Assembly: GCA_000434555.1 (NCBI GenBank)
Contig: FR880110.1
Span: 26,443-90,442 of the forward strand
DNA from: Clostridium sp. CAG:524
Lineage (GTDB): Bacteria > Bacillota_I > Bacilli_A > RF39 > UBA660
Length of the DNA stretch: 64,000 nt
Reading direction: 5' to 3'
Part shown: one piece after another, positions 17,209 through 26,334 of the stretch
Numbering within the stretch: the first letter of the stretch is position 1
Layout of the letters: each line of letters begins with the position of its first letter
Program-made: the position numbers and the translations under genes
The notes under the pieces: model-generated
Database searches by the model: none
What the model saw: the letters and a program-made list of their open reading frames with translations, nothing else
What the model was told of the DNA's origin: nothing

Positions 17209-17956
17209 TGCTAAAAAAGAAACAGAAAAAATAATAGAATTTATAAGAGATTATTATAAGAAATATAATTTAAAAGGTGTTGTACTTGGTATAAGTGGTG
17301 GTAAAGATTCAGGCGTAGTTGCTGCATTATTCTCAAAAGCACTTGGTAGTGAGAATGTTGTTGGTATAACAATGCCATGTCATTCAAAAAGTACTGATAA
17401 AAGTGATGCCAAACTTGTAAGTGAAAAATATGGTTTTGAACTAATAAACGTAGATTTAACTAAAACATTTGATACATTTAAGAATGAAATTTCACTTTTA
17501 GGAGAATTTAGTGATGAAGAATTACAAAATTGTGATATCAATATTAAGCCAAGACTTAGAATGAGTACTTGCTACTACATAGCTGCTTTATATAGTGAAC
17601 TTAAACATGGGACATATCTTGTTGCTGGTACATCAAATTTATGTGAACTTTATGTAGGATACTTTACTAAAGGAGGAGATTCTACTTATGACATTGGAAC
17701 TCTTAACAATTATACAGTTGATGAAGTAATTGAAATTGGTAAGTATTTAGAAGTACCAGAACAAGTATTATTTAAAAGTCCTAGTGATGGATTAAGTGGT
17801 AAAACTGATGAAGATAAATTAGGCGTTAAATATAAAGATATTACATCTGTTATAAATGGTGAAAAAGTAAGCAATGAAGTAAAAAGTAAAGTTGACAAAT
17901 TGCATACAAATAATTTACATAAATTTAACATTCCAGTGTACCAAAGAGAAAAATAA
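17198..17956 (+). CDS. nadE: Ammonia-dependent NAD+ synthetase
   Basis: PP-loop GISGGKDSGVVAAL. About 250 aa, so no glutaminase domain. Confidence 0.88.
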   Translation: MKFNAKKETEKIIEFIRDYYKKYNLKGVVLGISGGKDSGVVAALFSKALGSENVVGITMPCHSKSTDKSDAKLVSEKYGFELINVDLTKTFDTFKNEISLLGEFSDEELQNCDINIKPRLRMSTCYYIAALYSELKHGTYLVAGTSNLCELYVGYFTKGGDSTYDIGTLNNYTVDEVIEIGKYLEVPEQVLFKSPSDGLSGKTDEDKLGVKYKDITSVINGEKVSNEVKSKVDKLHTNNLHKFNIPVYQREK

Positions 17957-17960
17957 ACTT

Positions 17961-18521
17961 ATGAAAATCGCTGTGTATGTTGGAAGTTTTAATCCTGTTC
18001 ATAAAAGTCATATCAAAGTAGTGAATCTTGTTCTTAAAAATTATGTTGATAAAGTAATTATTGTACCAACACTTGCTTATTGGGATAAGAAGAATCTTAT
18101 AGATATTAAAGATAGAATAAATATGCTAAAGTTTTATGAGAATGAAAAAATTATTATAGATACTAAAAATAATAAATGTGAATATACATATCAAGTTTTA
18201 AGAGAAATTCAAAAACAATATAAAAATGATGAGATTTATTTAGTTATTGGTGATGATTTACTCACAAAATTCGATAAATGGAAAAATATAGATGAAATTT
18301 TGAAATATCGTATCATTATTGTTAAAAGAAATAATATTGATGCATGTGTTTATGATAAGTACTCAAAATACAATTTTATAGTGACAAATAAGGTGGATAG
18401 TGAAGATGTGTCATCTACTATGGTTAGAAATATGATTTTAAATAAAGACAAAGACATTTTAAAATATATTGATATGAAAGTATATAAATATATTAAAAGA
18501 AATAATTTATATGTTAATTAA
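17961..18521 (+). CDS. nadD: Nicotinate-nucleotide adenylyltransferase
   Basis: MKIAVYVGSFNPVHKSH (GxFxPxHxxH) and a C-terminal SSTMVRN motif. The ORF opens at 17892 but ATG 17961 fits the family N-terminus. Confidence 0.85.
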   Translation: MKIAVYVGSFNPVHKSHIKVVNLVLKNYVDKVIIVPTLAYWDKKNLIDIKDRINMLKFYENEKIIIDTKNNKCEYTYQVLREIQKQYKNDEIYLVIGDDLLTKFDKWKNIDEILKYRIIIVKRNNIDACVYDKYSKYNFIVTNKVDSEDVSSTMVRNMILNKDKDILKYIDMKVYKYIKRNNLYVN

Positions 18522-18558
18522 TAATGTGTTATAATCAAAATATATAAAAGAGGTAATT

Positions 18559-19029
18559 ATGAAAGAAAAAGAAGTAGTAAAAAAATTAATAAAAAATAAA
18601 GAAACAATCGCATCAATGGAGTCATGTACTGGCGGATACTTTGCAAGTACAATTACATGTGTTGATGGTTCAAGCGAAGTATTAAAGTTTTCAGCAGTAA
18701 CATATTCAAATGAATATAAAATTAAGATGGGCGTTAATCCTGATATTATCGATAAATATTCAGTTTATAGTATTGAAACTGCTCATGAGATGAGTAAAAA
18801 TATAAGCAAATTTGCGTGTAGTACTTATGGAATAGGCATTACTGGTAAAATAAATAGAGTCGATGAAAATAATTTAAGTGGCAAAGATAATGAAGTATTC
18901 GTAAGCATTTACAATAGTAAAAATGATACTTATACTGACATGAAAATAATCGTACCAAATAAGCCACGTAAGGAAGTTAAAGAATTAATCGTAAATGATA
19001 TAATGGAAAAACTAATTGAAATTTTATAA
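18559..19029 (+). CDS. pncC: Nicotinamide-nucleotide amidohydrolase (CinA C-terminal domain type)
   Basis: ESCTGG motif and TYSNEYK pattern. 156 aa stand-alone domain. Confidence 0.8.
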   Translation: MKEKEVVKKLIKNKETIASMESCTGGYFASTITCVDGSSEVLKFSAVTYSNEYKIKMGVNPDIIDKYSVYSIETAHEMSKNISKFACSTYGIGITGKINRVDENNLSGKDNEVFVSIYNSKNDTYTDMKIIVPNKPRKEVKELIVNDIMEKLIEIL

Positions 19030-19042
19030 GGAGGTGTGAAAT

Positions 19043-19861
19043 GTGGAATATAAAAGTGAAGAAGATTTTCTAAAAAATTATGATGTGAATGAGTTTGAAC
19101 GTCCATCTGTTACAAGTGATGTTTTATTATTAAGTGTGTCAAATGGAATTCAAAATAATTATAGAAAGTTAAAGGACAAATATTATAGTGTTTTACTTGT
19201 TAAAAGAAAAGATTATCCATTTAAAGGAAAGTGGTGTTTGCCAGGTGGATTTGTGAAAAATACTGAAACAACTGAAGAAACTGCTAGAAGAGTGCTTGCA
19301 AGTGAAACAAATTTACACAATATATTTATGGAACAATTATATACTTTTGATGGAATTAATAGAGATCCTAGAACAAGAGTGTTTAGTGTTTCATATATTG
19401 CATTAGTTGATAAAAATAAATTAAATGATTCACTATATGAAAATGCATCATGGTTTAATATAAATTATATTGAAGATGAAAAAGGTTTTAATGTAACTCT
19501 TGATAATGGAAATGAAACATTAAATTTCGTGGTGAGTAAGACACTTAAAGAAAGCACAACAGATAGATATAAGTTTGACATAGTTAAAAATGATTCAATT
19601 GCTTTTGACCATCCACTTGTGATAGTAAGTGGTATTGAAAGATTAAAAAACAAAATAATGTATACTGATATTGTCTTTAATATGATAGATGAGTATTTTA
19701 CACTTGGTGAACTTCAGCAGGTATATGAAGTTATACTTAATAAAAAGTTACTCGATCCTGCTTTTAGAAGAATTATTGCCAATAAAGTAGAAAAAACTGA
19801 CAAAATTAAAACAGGTGAAGGGCATAGACCAAGCGTATTATTTAAATATAAAGGTAAATAA
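19043..19861 (+). CDS. nrtR: NrtR-family regulator: degenerate Nudix domain plus C-terminal winged-helix domain
   Basis: GTG start 8 nt after AGGAGG. Nudix-like box GGFVKNTETTEETARRVLASETNL. C-terminal FTLGELQQVYEVILNKKLLDPAFRRII resembles the NrtR wHTH. Embedded in the NAD operon. Confidence 0.7.
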   Translation: MEYKSEEDFLKNYDVNEFERPSVTSDVLLLSVSNGIQNNYRKLKDKYYSVLLVKRKDYPFKGKWCLPGGFVKNTETTEETARRVLASETNLHNIFMEQLYTFDGINRDPRTRVFSVSYIALVDKNKLNDSLYENASWFNINYIEDEKGFNVTLDNGNETLNFVVSKTLKESTTDRYKFDIVKNDSIAFDHPLVIVSGIERLKNKIMYTDIVFNMIDEYFTLGELQQVYEVILNKKLLDPAFRRIIANKVEKTDKIKTGEGHRPSVLFKYKGK

Positions 19862-19862
19862 A

Positions 19863-20660
19863 ATGAGAAAAATCAATAAAATTAGAATTTTTGCTAATGA
19901 AAATGAAGAATCATACAAAATTAAGTTGAAACTTCAAGGTGTGCTAGAAAAATATAAATTTGAAGTGGTTGAAGAAGATTATGATTTGGCTATTGCGATA
20001 GGTGGGGATGGCTCATTTTTAAGAATGGTAAATGGTACTAATTTTAACAGTGATATTTATTATGTTGGAATTAATACTGGAACACTTGGATTTTTACAAG
20101 AAATAAGACCAGAAAAACTAGAAGAATTTGTTATTTCTTTGAATGAAAATAATTTTAAAGTTGATAATATTGGTACACTTGAAACAAAAATTACTACTGA
20201 GGATTCTGTTTCTAGACATTTTTCGCTTAATGAAATAGTAATTAGACAAATGAAATTAAATACTATAACTATGGATATTTATGTCGAAAATTATTTTTTA
20301 GAAACTTTTGCTGGTGATGGAATTCTTGTGTCAACTTCTGTGGGAAGTAGTGCTTATAATACAAGTTTTCATGGTGCATTAATTTACAACACACTACATA
20401 CTTTACAAATTACTCCAATTGCGCCATTAAATACAAAAACATATAGAAATCTTTTAACGTCAATTGTTATACCTGAAAAGAAACATATTTTAATAAAGCC
20501 AATAAAAAATGATTTAATTATTACATTTGATGGGACAAACAAAAAATATGAGAATGTTAAAAAAATAGAATGTTTTGTTAAAAATAAGAAAATAAAATTT
20601 TTAAGAATGAAAGATTATAATTTTATAAAAATTGTTCACGAAAAATTTTTAAAAGATTAA
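19863..20660 (+). CDS. nadK: NAD kinase
   Basis: GGDGSFLR motif and NEIVI...DGILVSTSVGSSAYN pattern. ATG 19863 lies 2 nt after the nrtR stop. Confidence 0.88.
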   Translation: MRKINKIRIFANENEESYKIKLKLQGVLEKYKFEVVEEDYDLAIAIGGDGSFLRMVNGTNFNSDIYYVGINTGTLGFLQEIRPEKLEEFVISLNENNFKVDNIGTLETKITTEDSVSRHFSLNEIVIRQMKLNTITMDIYVENYFLETFAGDGILVSTSVGSSAYNTSFHGALIYNTLHTLQITPIAPLNTKTYRNLLTSIVIPEKKHILIKPIKNDLIITFDGTNKKYENVKKIECFVKNKKIKFLRMKDYNFIKIVHEKFLKD

Positions 20661-20690
20661 TATTTAGTAGTGAAAATCATAAAATTAAAT

Positions 20691-21701
20691 ATGAAAAAAA
20701 TATTACTTGTATTAATCTTTTTATTGTGTGTAAATATTGTCAATGCATCAATTGTTGTGATGGATGCTGATTCTGGGAGAATTCTTTATTCAAAAAATAA
20801 AGAAGAGAAAAAGTTAATTGCGTCAACAACAAAAATAATGACATCAATAATTGCTCTTGAGCACGCTCCACTTGATATGAAAATCAGAATTGGAAAAGAA
20901 GTAAGAACGGTAAATGGTTCTATGATATACGTTAAAGAGGGTGAGATATTTACATTAAATGATTTACTTCATGGATTAATGTTACAAAGTGGTAATGATG
21001 CTGCTATGACTATTGCTACAAATGTTTTAGGATATGATAAATTTATAAAAGAAATGAATTTAAAAGCAGTAAAACTCGGCATGAATGATACAATTTTTGA
21101 GAATCCTCATGGATTAAATGATGACTCCAAAAATTATTCCACTGCTAAAGATATGGCAATATTAATGAAATATGCTATAAAAAATAAAGATTTTTTGAGT
21201 ATAACGTCGGCTAAAAATTATAAAGTTGATAAATATATATGGTCAAATAAAAATAAATTATTAAAAGAATATAAATACTTAATAAGTGGGAAAATAGGTT
21301 TTACAAAAGCAAGTGGTCAAGTATTTGTTTCTGCGGCTAGAAAAGATGGGAAAACTTTAGTGGTTGTTTCAATAGATGAAAGTGATAAATTTAATTTACA
21401 TAAAAAGTTATATAAAAAATATTTTGAAATATATGATAGGTATAAAATATTAGACATGAATACTTTTTCATTCAAAGTTAAAAATAGAAATAATTATCAT
21501 TATTACATAATGAATGATTATTATATTCTTTTACAAAAGAATGAAATTGAAAAGTTGAATATAAAAATAGATTTAACAAAAAATCAAGAAAAAGTACATA
21601 TATACTTTGATAATACAAAAATAGATTCAGTTGAACTTAAAAAGATAAAATTTAATGTTAAAAAAAATAAAATAAAAGAAATATTGTCATTTTGGAAATA
21701 A
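20691..21701 (+). CDS. Serine-type D-Ala-D-Ala carboxypeptidase (S11, PBP5/DacB-like)
   Basis: Signal peptide MKKILLVLIFLLCVNIVNA, SxxK as ASTTKIMT, SxN as QSGNDAA, KxG as GKIGFT. The ORF opens at GTG 20670. Confidence 0.8.
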   Translation: MKKILLVLIFLLCVNIVNASIVVMDADSGRILYSKNKEEKKLIASTTKIMTSIIALEHAPLDMKIRIGKEVRTVNGSMIYVKEGEIFTLNDLLHGLMLQSGNDAAMTIATNVLGYDKFIKEMNLKAVKLGMNDTIFENPHGLNDDSKNYSTAKDMAILMKYAIKNKDFLSITSAKNYKVDKYIWSNKNKLLKEYKYLISGKIGFTKASGQVFVSAARKDGKTLVVVSIDESDKFNLHKKLYKKYFEIYDRYKILDMNTFSFKVKNRNNYHYYIMNDYYILLQKNEIEKLNIKIDLTKNQEKVHIYFDNTKIDSVELKKIKFNVKKNKIKEILSFWK

Positions 21702-21728
21702 TAGAGTATAATGACCTTGGTGTTTTTT

Positions 21729-22451
21729 ATGGAAAGATTACAAAAATATTTAAGTTCATGTGGTGTTGCTTCAAGAAGAAAGTGCGAAGAGTTGATATTA
21801 CAGGGAAAAGTAAAAGTTAATGGTGTCAAAGTAACTGAACTTGGCTATAAAGTGACTGAAAAAGATAAGATATCAGTAGATGATATTGATGTTATCAAAA
21901 AAGAAAAATTATATTATTTACTTTATAAGCCTGAGAAAACAATTTGTTCAGTTAGCGATGAAAAAAATAGAACAACAATTATAGATTTAATTGATACTGA
22001 AGAGAAAGTATTTCCAGTTGGAAGATTAGACTACGATACAACTGGACTTTTGTTAATTACAAATGATGGAGAACTTACTAATAAATTAACGCATCCACAT
22101 GGCCATGTTGAAAAAACTTATTATGCAAAAATAGATGGAATTATAACTCCGACTGATTTAAAAGCGTTGGAAAATGGTGTCGTGTTAGATGGCGTTAAGA
22201 CTAAGAAGTCAAAAGTCAAAATTGGAAAAATTGATAAGAAAAATCAAAAATCTTACGTTGAATTAACAATTACTGAAGGAAGAAATCATCAAGTTAAAAA
22301 TATGTTTGCTAGTCTAGGATACAAAGTATTAAAATTAAAAAGAACAAATTATGCTTTTTTGGATTTAAGAGGATTAAGTACTGGTGAATATAGAACATTA
22401 TCAATTAAAGAAGTAAAGCAATTATATAATTATGTAAATTCTCATAAATAA
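21729..22451 (+). CDS. rluB: Pseudouridine synthase, RsuA/RluB family
   Basis: S4 domain MERLQKYLSSCGVASRRKCEELILQGKVKVNG. Catalytic GRLDYDTTGLLL. Confidence 0.85.
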   Translation: MERLQKYLSSCGVASRRKCEELILQGKVKVNGVKVTELGYKVTEKDKISVDDIDVIKKEKLYYLLYKPEKTICSVSDEKNRTTIIDLIDTEEKVFPVGRLDYDTTGLLLITNDGELTNKLTHPHGHVEKTYYAKIDGIITPTDLKALENGVVLDGVKTKKSKVKIGKIDKKNQKSYVELTITEGRNHQVKNMFASLGYKVLKLKRTNYAFLDLRGLSTGEYRTLSIKEVKQLYNYVNSHK

Positions 22452-22485
22452 AAACATGATTTTTTGTCGATCATGTTTTTAAATT
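22451..22485. terminator. Bidirectional terminator between rluB (+) and the ferredoxin gene (-)
   Basis: 10-bp stem AAAACATGAT/ATCATGTTTT, with A- and T-runs on either side. Confidence 0.7.
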
Positions 22486-22493
22486 AGTTAAAT

Positions 22494-22700
22494 TTAATTG
22501 TTTTTAGTTTCTTCTTCAACAACAATTGCTCCAACAGGGCAACTTTCAATTATATTAAGAACTTCTTTTTTGTCTTCTTCCTTAAGTTCAACATCTTTTG
22601 CGTGGCTCATTCCTTCATCATTGAATTCAAAATATTTCTCGCATTGACTAACACATAATCCGCATCCAATACATGTGTCATTAACTTTAATTTTTTCCAT
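22494..22700 (-). CDS. fdx: Small single-cluster ferredoxin
   Basis: CIGCGLCVSQC ... CPVGAI. 68 aa. Confidence 0.8.
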   Translation of the reverse strand: MEKIKVNDTCIGCGLCVSQCEKYFEFNDEGMSHAKDVELKEEDKKEVLNIIESCPVGAIVVEEETKNN

Positions 22701-22817
22701 TTTTTAATCTCCTCCATAAAAATTATATAAAAAAAACAAAAAAAATGCTAGATATATGTAAAGTATAATTTATTGAATTTAATCTTTAAATGTGTTATTA
22801 TTAAAATGGTGAAAAAT

Positions 22818-23822
22818 ATGAGTTCTAGAATGGAAAAATATGAAAACAATTCACTTGAGAGTATGAGCAGAACAAAGCGAAATCAAGATATTTATAACGT
22901 TAGCGATATGAGTGAATTATCACGTATAAAAACTAATACAAATGTTAGTATTATTGCTGATGCTTCAAAAGAAATAGATATAGAAAAAATTAAGAAATAT
23001 ATTGAAAATATGAATAGTGATAGTGAAGAACATAAGAAAAGAATTTCAATCGAATTGCCAGAAGAACACGAAGAACAAATAAAAGAAAAAGTAGAAAAAG
23101 ATTATGATATTAATTCTGTTTTAGAAAGAGCGAGAGGTAAGAGAGAAATTGATTATGAGATAGAACGCCATAGAAAATTAAATTCAAATGGATATGATAT
23201 ACTTAAAAGTATTCAAATAAAAGAAGAATCTGATGAAGATAAAACAGAACCAATAGATGAATTAAATACACAAGAGAAAACAATAGTTGAGTTAATTCAG
23301 AACATCCAAAATAGTAAGCCTCAAGAAAAAAGTACGAAAGATGATACAGAAGATTTATTTGGTGAATTAATGGGTAAAAATGAAAATACTATTGTTATGG
23401 CACCAATAGATAATGAAGAAAAAAATAATGAGAATATCAAAGAAGCATTGTTAAATATAACTGAAGATTTAGAAACGATAAAAGAATCTTTAAACGATAA
23501 AACAATTCCTGATACAGTTGATGGGCAAAAGATTAATGATGAATTGGATAGCTTAAATGATAGTGATAAAAATGAAAATGAAAATGAAGATGAAGATGCT
23601 GATAGCGATGGCAGTGAAAGTGAAAAAATAGTTGCTGATAAATCTTTCTATACTAATTCTTTGTCATTTAATAAAACTGATTTTGAGGGTTTTGAAGATT
23701 TAGAAAAAAATCAAAAAAAGGGGAATGTCTTTGCAAAAATAGTTGTAACTTTAATTATATTATTACTTTTAGCTACGATATTTTTAATATTAAATTTTCT
23801 TTTAGATTGGAACATATTTTAG
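22818..23822 (+). CDS. Acidic, low-complexity protein with a C-terminal TM anchor; unknown function
   Basis: Asp/Glu/Asn/Lys-rich with DSDGSESE runs. The C-terminal hydrophobic helix is FAKIVVTLIILLLLATIFLILNFLL. The ORF opens at TTG 22773; ATG 22818 follows GGTGA. Confidence 0.55.
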   Translation: MSSRMEKYENNSLESMSRTKRNQDIYNVSDMSELSRIKTNTNVSIIADASKEIDIEKIKKYIENMNSDSEEHKKRISIELPEEHEEQIKEKVEKDYDINSVLERARGKREIDYEIERHRKLNSNGYDILKSIQIKEESDEDKTEPIDELNTQEKTIVELIQNIQNSKPQEKSTKDDTEDLFGELMGKNENTIVMAPIDNEEKNNENIKEALLNITEDLETIKESLNDKTIPDTVDGQKINDELDSLNDSDKNENENEDEDADSDGSESEKIVADKSFYTNSLSFNKTDFEGFEDLEKNQKKGNVFAKIVVTLIILLLLATIFLILNFLLDWNIF

Positions 23823-23839
23823 TTTTAAATAATTATTGT

Positions 23840-23872
23840 GATACATTCAAGTATAAGAATGTATCTTTTTTT
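23840..23872 (+). terminator. Rho-independent terminator
   Basis: 9-bp stem GATACATTC/GAATGTATC, 8-nt loop, T7 run. It overlaps the 5' part of the 23838 ORF, which argues that the real yunB start is downstream. Confidence 0.75.
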
Positions 23873-23885
23873 ATATAATTTATTA

Positions 23886-24587
23886 ATGAGAATTGATAAA
23901 ATTAAAGTTACTAAAAATGATATATTATTACTCATAGTAATAATTGTTATTGTAGTTGCATATGCTATGCTTAAGGTTTTTACCATTAAAAGTGAAAGCA
24001 TTCTTTTAAATTATGCCGAAAACAAATCAAAAGAGTTATCATTATTACTCATAATTGATTCAATAGAAAAATTGAGGTCTAAATATAATATAGAAGACAT
24101 AATTGTAATAGAAAAAAATGTTAATGATGAAATTGTTAGTTTAGACTTTGATAATACGAAGATAAATGAATTCAATTTAAAAGTAAGTGAAAATATACAA
24201 AAAAGATTGATGAAATTAGAGAAAAATAAAAAAAATAATTTAACAGAAAAATATTATGAAGGTAAAGTTGATATTATTTATAATGTACCAATGTCGATTA
24301 TTTATGATGTTCCGATTTTAGTTGGCATAGGTCCAAAAGTTCCATTTAAATTGGATGTACTAGGTAATGTTTTTACAGAAATATTAACGAATATAAAGGA
24401 TTATGGTATAAATAATTCTTTAATAGAAATGCAATTAAAAATTAAAATTAATGTACAAATAATTTTACCATTTTCTTCAAAAAATATTATTGTAGAAAAT
24501 AAAATCCCATTGAAAACAAAAATAATTCAAGGAAAGATTCCAGAATATTATGGTGGTGTTTTAAATGGTACGATAAAAAATGAATAA
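23886..24587 (+). CDS. yunB: Sporulation protein YunB homologue
   Basis: N-terminal TM helix. The C-terminal half (GPKVPFKLDVLGNVFTEILTNIKDYGINNSLIEMQLKIKINVQIILPFSSK...IQGKIPEYYGG) resembles my recollection of B. subtilis YunB. yutD is adjacent, as in Bacillus. Confidence 0.65.
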   Translation: MRIDKIKVTKNDILLLIVIIVIVVAYAMLKVFTIKSESILLNYAENKSKELSLLLIIDSIEKLRSKYNIEDIIVIEKNVNDEIVSLDFDNTKINEFNLKVSENIQKRLMKLEKNKKNNLTEKYYEGKVDIIYNVPMSIIYDVPILVGIGPKVPFKLDVLGNVFTEILTNIKDYGINNSLIEMQLKIKINVQIILPFSSKNIIVENKIPLKTKIIQGKIPEYYGGVLNGTIKNE

Positions 24588-24715
24588 TAAACTATTTTTT
24601 AAGAATCAATCATTAATTTTGTAAACTATTTTGTGCTAATTATAGAAGTATTATTGTATTTTATTAATATGTTTAAATATAGTATTTGTGTGATATAATT
24701 GTTTTGGTGATATAT

Positions 24716-24991
24716 GTGATAATTGAAGTGGATAATAATAAGTATAAGTTAATAAAAAATTATAGAGATGGATTTGATAAGGAAACTTTTTTAAATAGGT
24801 ATACTCCTTATTATAAAGATTATGACTATATAGTTGGTGATATAGCGTATTCAAAATTGAGATTAAAAGGTTTTAATAAAAAAGACAATAAAAATTTTAA
24901 TAAATATAATAATTATTGTAATTTGGAAAAATATATTAAAGAAAATTGTGCATATGAATGTAAGTATTTTATTTTAGAAAAAATTATTTAA
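24716..24991 (+). CDS. yutD: YutD-like protein (DUF1027)
   Basis: KLIKNYRDGFDKETFLNRYTPYYKDYDYIVGDIAYSKLRLKGF matches the YutD signature. The start is uncertain: GTG 24716 follows GGTGA, and the ORF opens at TTG 24686. Confidence 0.65.
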   Translation: MIIEVDNNKYKLIKNYRDGFDKETFLNRYTPYYKDYDYIVGDIAYSKLRLKGFNKKDNKNFNKYNNYCNLEKYIKENCAYECKYFILEKII

Positions 24992-25096
24992 AAATATTTA
25001 CATATTTTAATGTTAAATAAATTAAAACTTGATTTAAGGTAATTGATATTAAAGATAATGTGTGTTAAAATATAAGAAGATAGAAAGGGTAAGGTT

Positions 25097-25351
25097 ATGA
25101 GTAGAATTTCAATTAAAAATATGGATGGTACAATGGAAGAAGTTGACTTGGTAAATGCTTTTAAAATTGGTGAGTTAAATAAAAGATTTGTTATATTGTC
25201 AAAAGGAGAAAGCGCTGGTGAAGGCATGAGTAAAATTTATGTTTCAGAATTTGTTGAAAATGAACCTGGTGTTTATAGCTTGATTGGCATTGAGGATGAT
25301 ACAACATGGCAAAAAGTTAAAGAAGCCATGAAACAAATAGTAGAAAGTTAG
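25097..25351 (+). CDS. DUF1292-like small acidic protein
   Basis: 84 aa with the pattern NMDGTMEEVDLVNAF...FVILSK...IEDDTTWQKVKEA, typical of the UPF0473/DUF1292 family. RBS AAGGGTAAGG. Confidence 0.5.
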   Translation: MSRISIKNMDGTMEEVDLVNAFKIGELNKRFVILSKGESAGEGMSKIYVSEFVENEPGVYSLIGIEDDTTWQKVKEAMKQIVES

Positions 25352-25359
25352 GTGAGAGA

Positions 25360-26256
25360 ATGACATTAACTAATGAAAAAGAAAATGTGGTTAAAGCTAG
25401 TGTAGTTATGACTCCTGGGTATAATTCTAGCGTAAGAATAATAGGTGTGGCTTCAAATACAGTTATACCAACTGCGACACAAGAAGCACCTTTATCTAAA
25501 ACAAGTGCGTTTGTGCTTCCAGAAACTGTAATGCAAACTGCTGAAAAAGTTTTGGGGACTACTGATGTGTCATCAATTCCTCAGCAACAATATGTTACTA
25601 ATATATTTCCACAACCTGTGAGCCAGTTACAACAGGCAGATGCAGCCATAAACAATGTACAGCAACAAGTTCCTTCTATGGAAACCATTCCAGTTCAGGT
25701 AAATAATCCGCAAAGTTTAAACTCTCTTGTTGGAAGCTCTGCTATTCAATTTGAAAATGCTCCTACTGATAATGTTGCTCATCCTGTTCAGCAACAAGTT
25801 AATTCACAAGCTTATACTGTTCCTATAGAACAAACACTGAATACTAATTTGTCTCAACAACAATTTGCACCATCAGAAGAAATAACATCAAATTCTGAAT
25901 TTGAAACTCAAACTGATAATGATGTAGATCAAGTTACAACTTTAAATGAACCACCTGTTTTACCAGCATTTGATGATAATGTTTCAAGCAACTTAAAGCA
26001 ATCAAGTGGCTATAAATACGAATTAATATCTATTTTAAAAAAATATCTTAAATCAAGTATAGAGCGTTATGAGTTACAAGCTAAAACACAAAGTGAAATT
26101 CTTAATGAATTGGAAAAGTACGAAGAGAAGTTAACGAGTGAAAAACATGATAATTCTCAAGAGATGACTACTAATTATGTAACTGAACCTTCTTTTAATA
26201 CTAATTTTAATAATACTTATGATGAACAAGGTGTGTCTAGTGGATTACATATGTAA
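25360..26256 (+). CDS. Gln/Pro/Thr/Asn/Val-rich low-complexity protein with a helical C-terminal segment; unknown function
   Basis: 298 aa. RBS AGGTGAGAG. 8 nt downstream of the DUF1292-like gene. Confidence 0.6.
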   Translation: MTLTNEKENVVKASVVMTPGYNSSVRIIGVASNTVIPTATQEAPLSKTSAFVLPETVMQTAEKVLGTTDVSSIPQQQYVTNIFPQPVSQLQQADAAINNVQQQVPSMETIPVQVNNPQSLNSLVGSSAIQFENAPTDNVAHPVQQQVNSQAYTVPIEQTLNTNLSQQQFAPSEEITSNSEFETQTDNDVDQVTTLNEPPVLPAFDDNVSSNLKQSSGYKYELISILKKYLKSSIERYELQAKTQSEILNELEKYEEKLTSEKHDNSQEMTTNYVTEPSFNTNFNNTYDEQGVSSGLHM

Positions 26257-26275
26257 TTTAATATAATGTGTTATC

Positions 26276-26305
26276 AAGCCAATATAGTTATTATTGGCTT
26301 TTATT
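26276..26305 (+). terminator. Rho-independent terminator
   Basis: 9-bp stem AAGCCAATA/TATTGGCTT followed by TTATTAT. Confidence 0.65.
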
Positions 26306-26334
26306 ATGCATAAAATTTTAATAGGTGTATAATT

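Noticed and set aside
23874-23888. Possible leaderless yunB mRNA (TATAAT 7 nt before the ATG)
   Set aside because: There is no -35 element, because the upstream sequence is the terminator T-run. yunB-type genes are normally driven by sporulation sigma factors, so the hexamer is probably coincidental.
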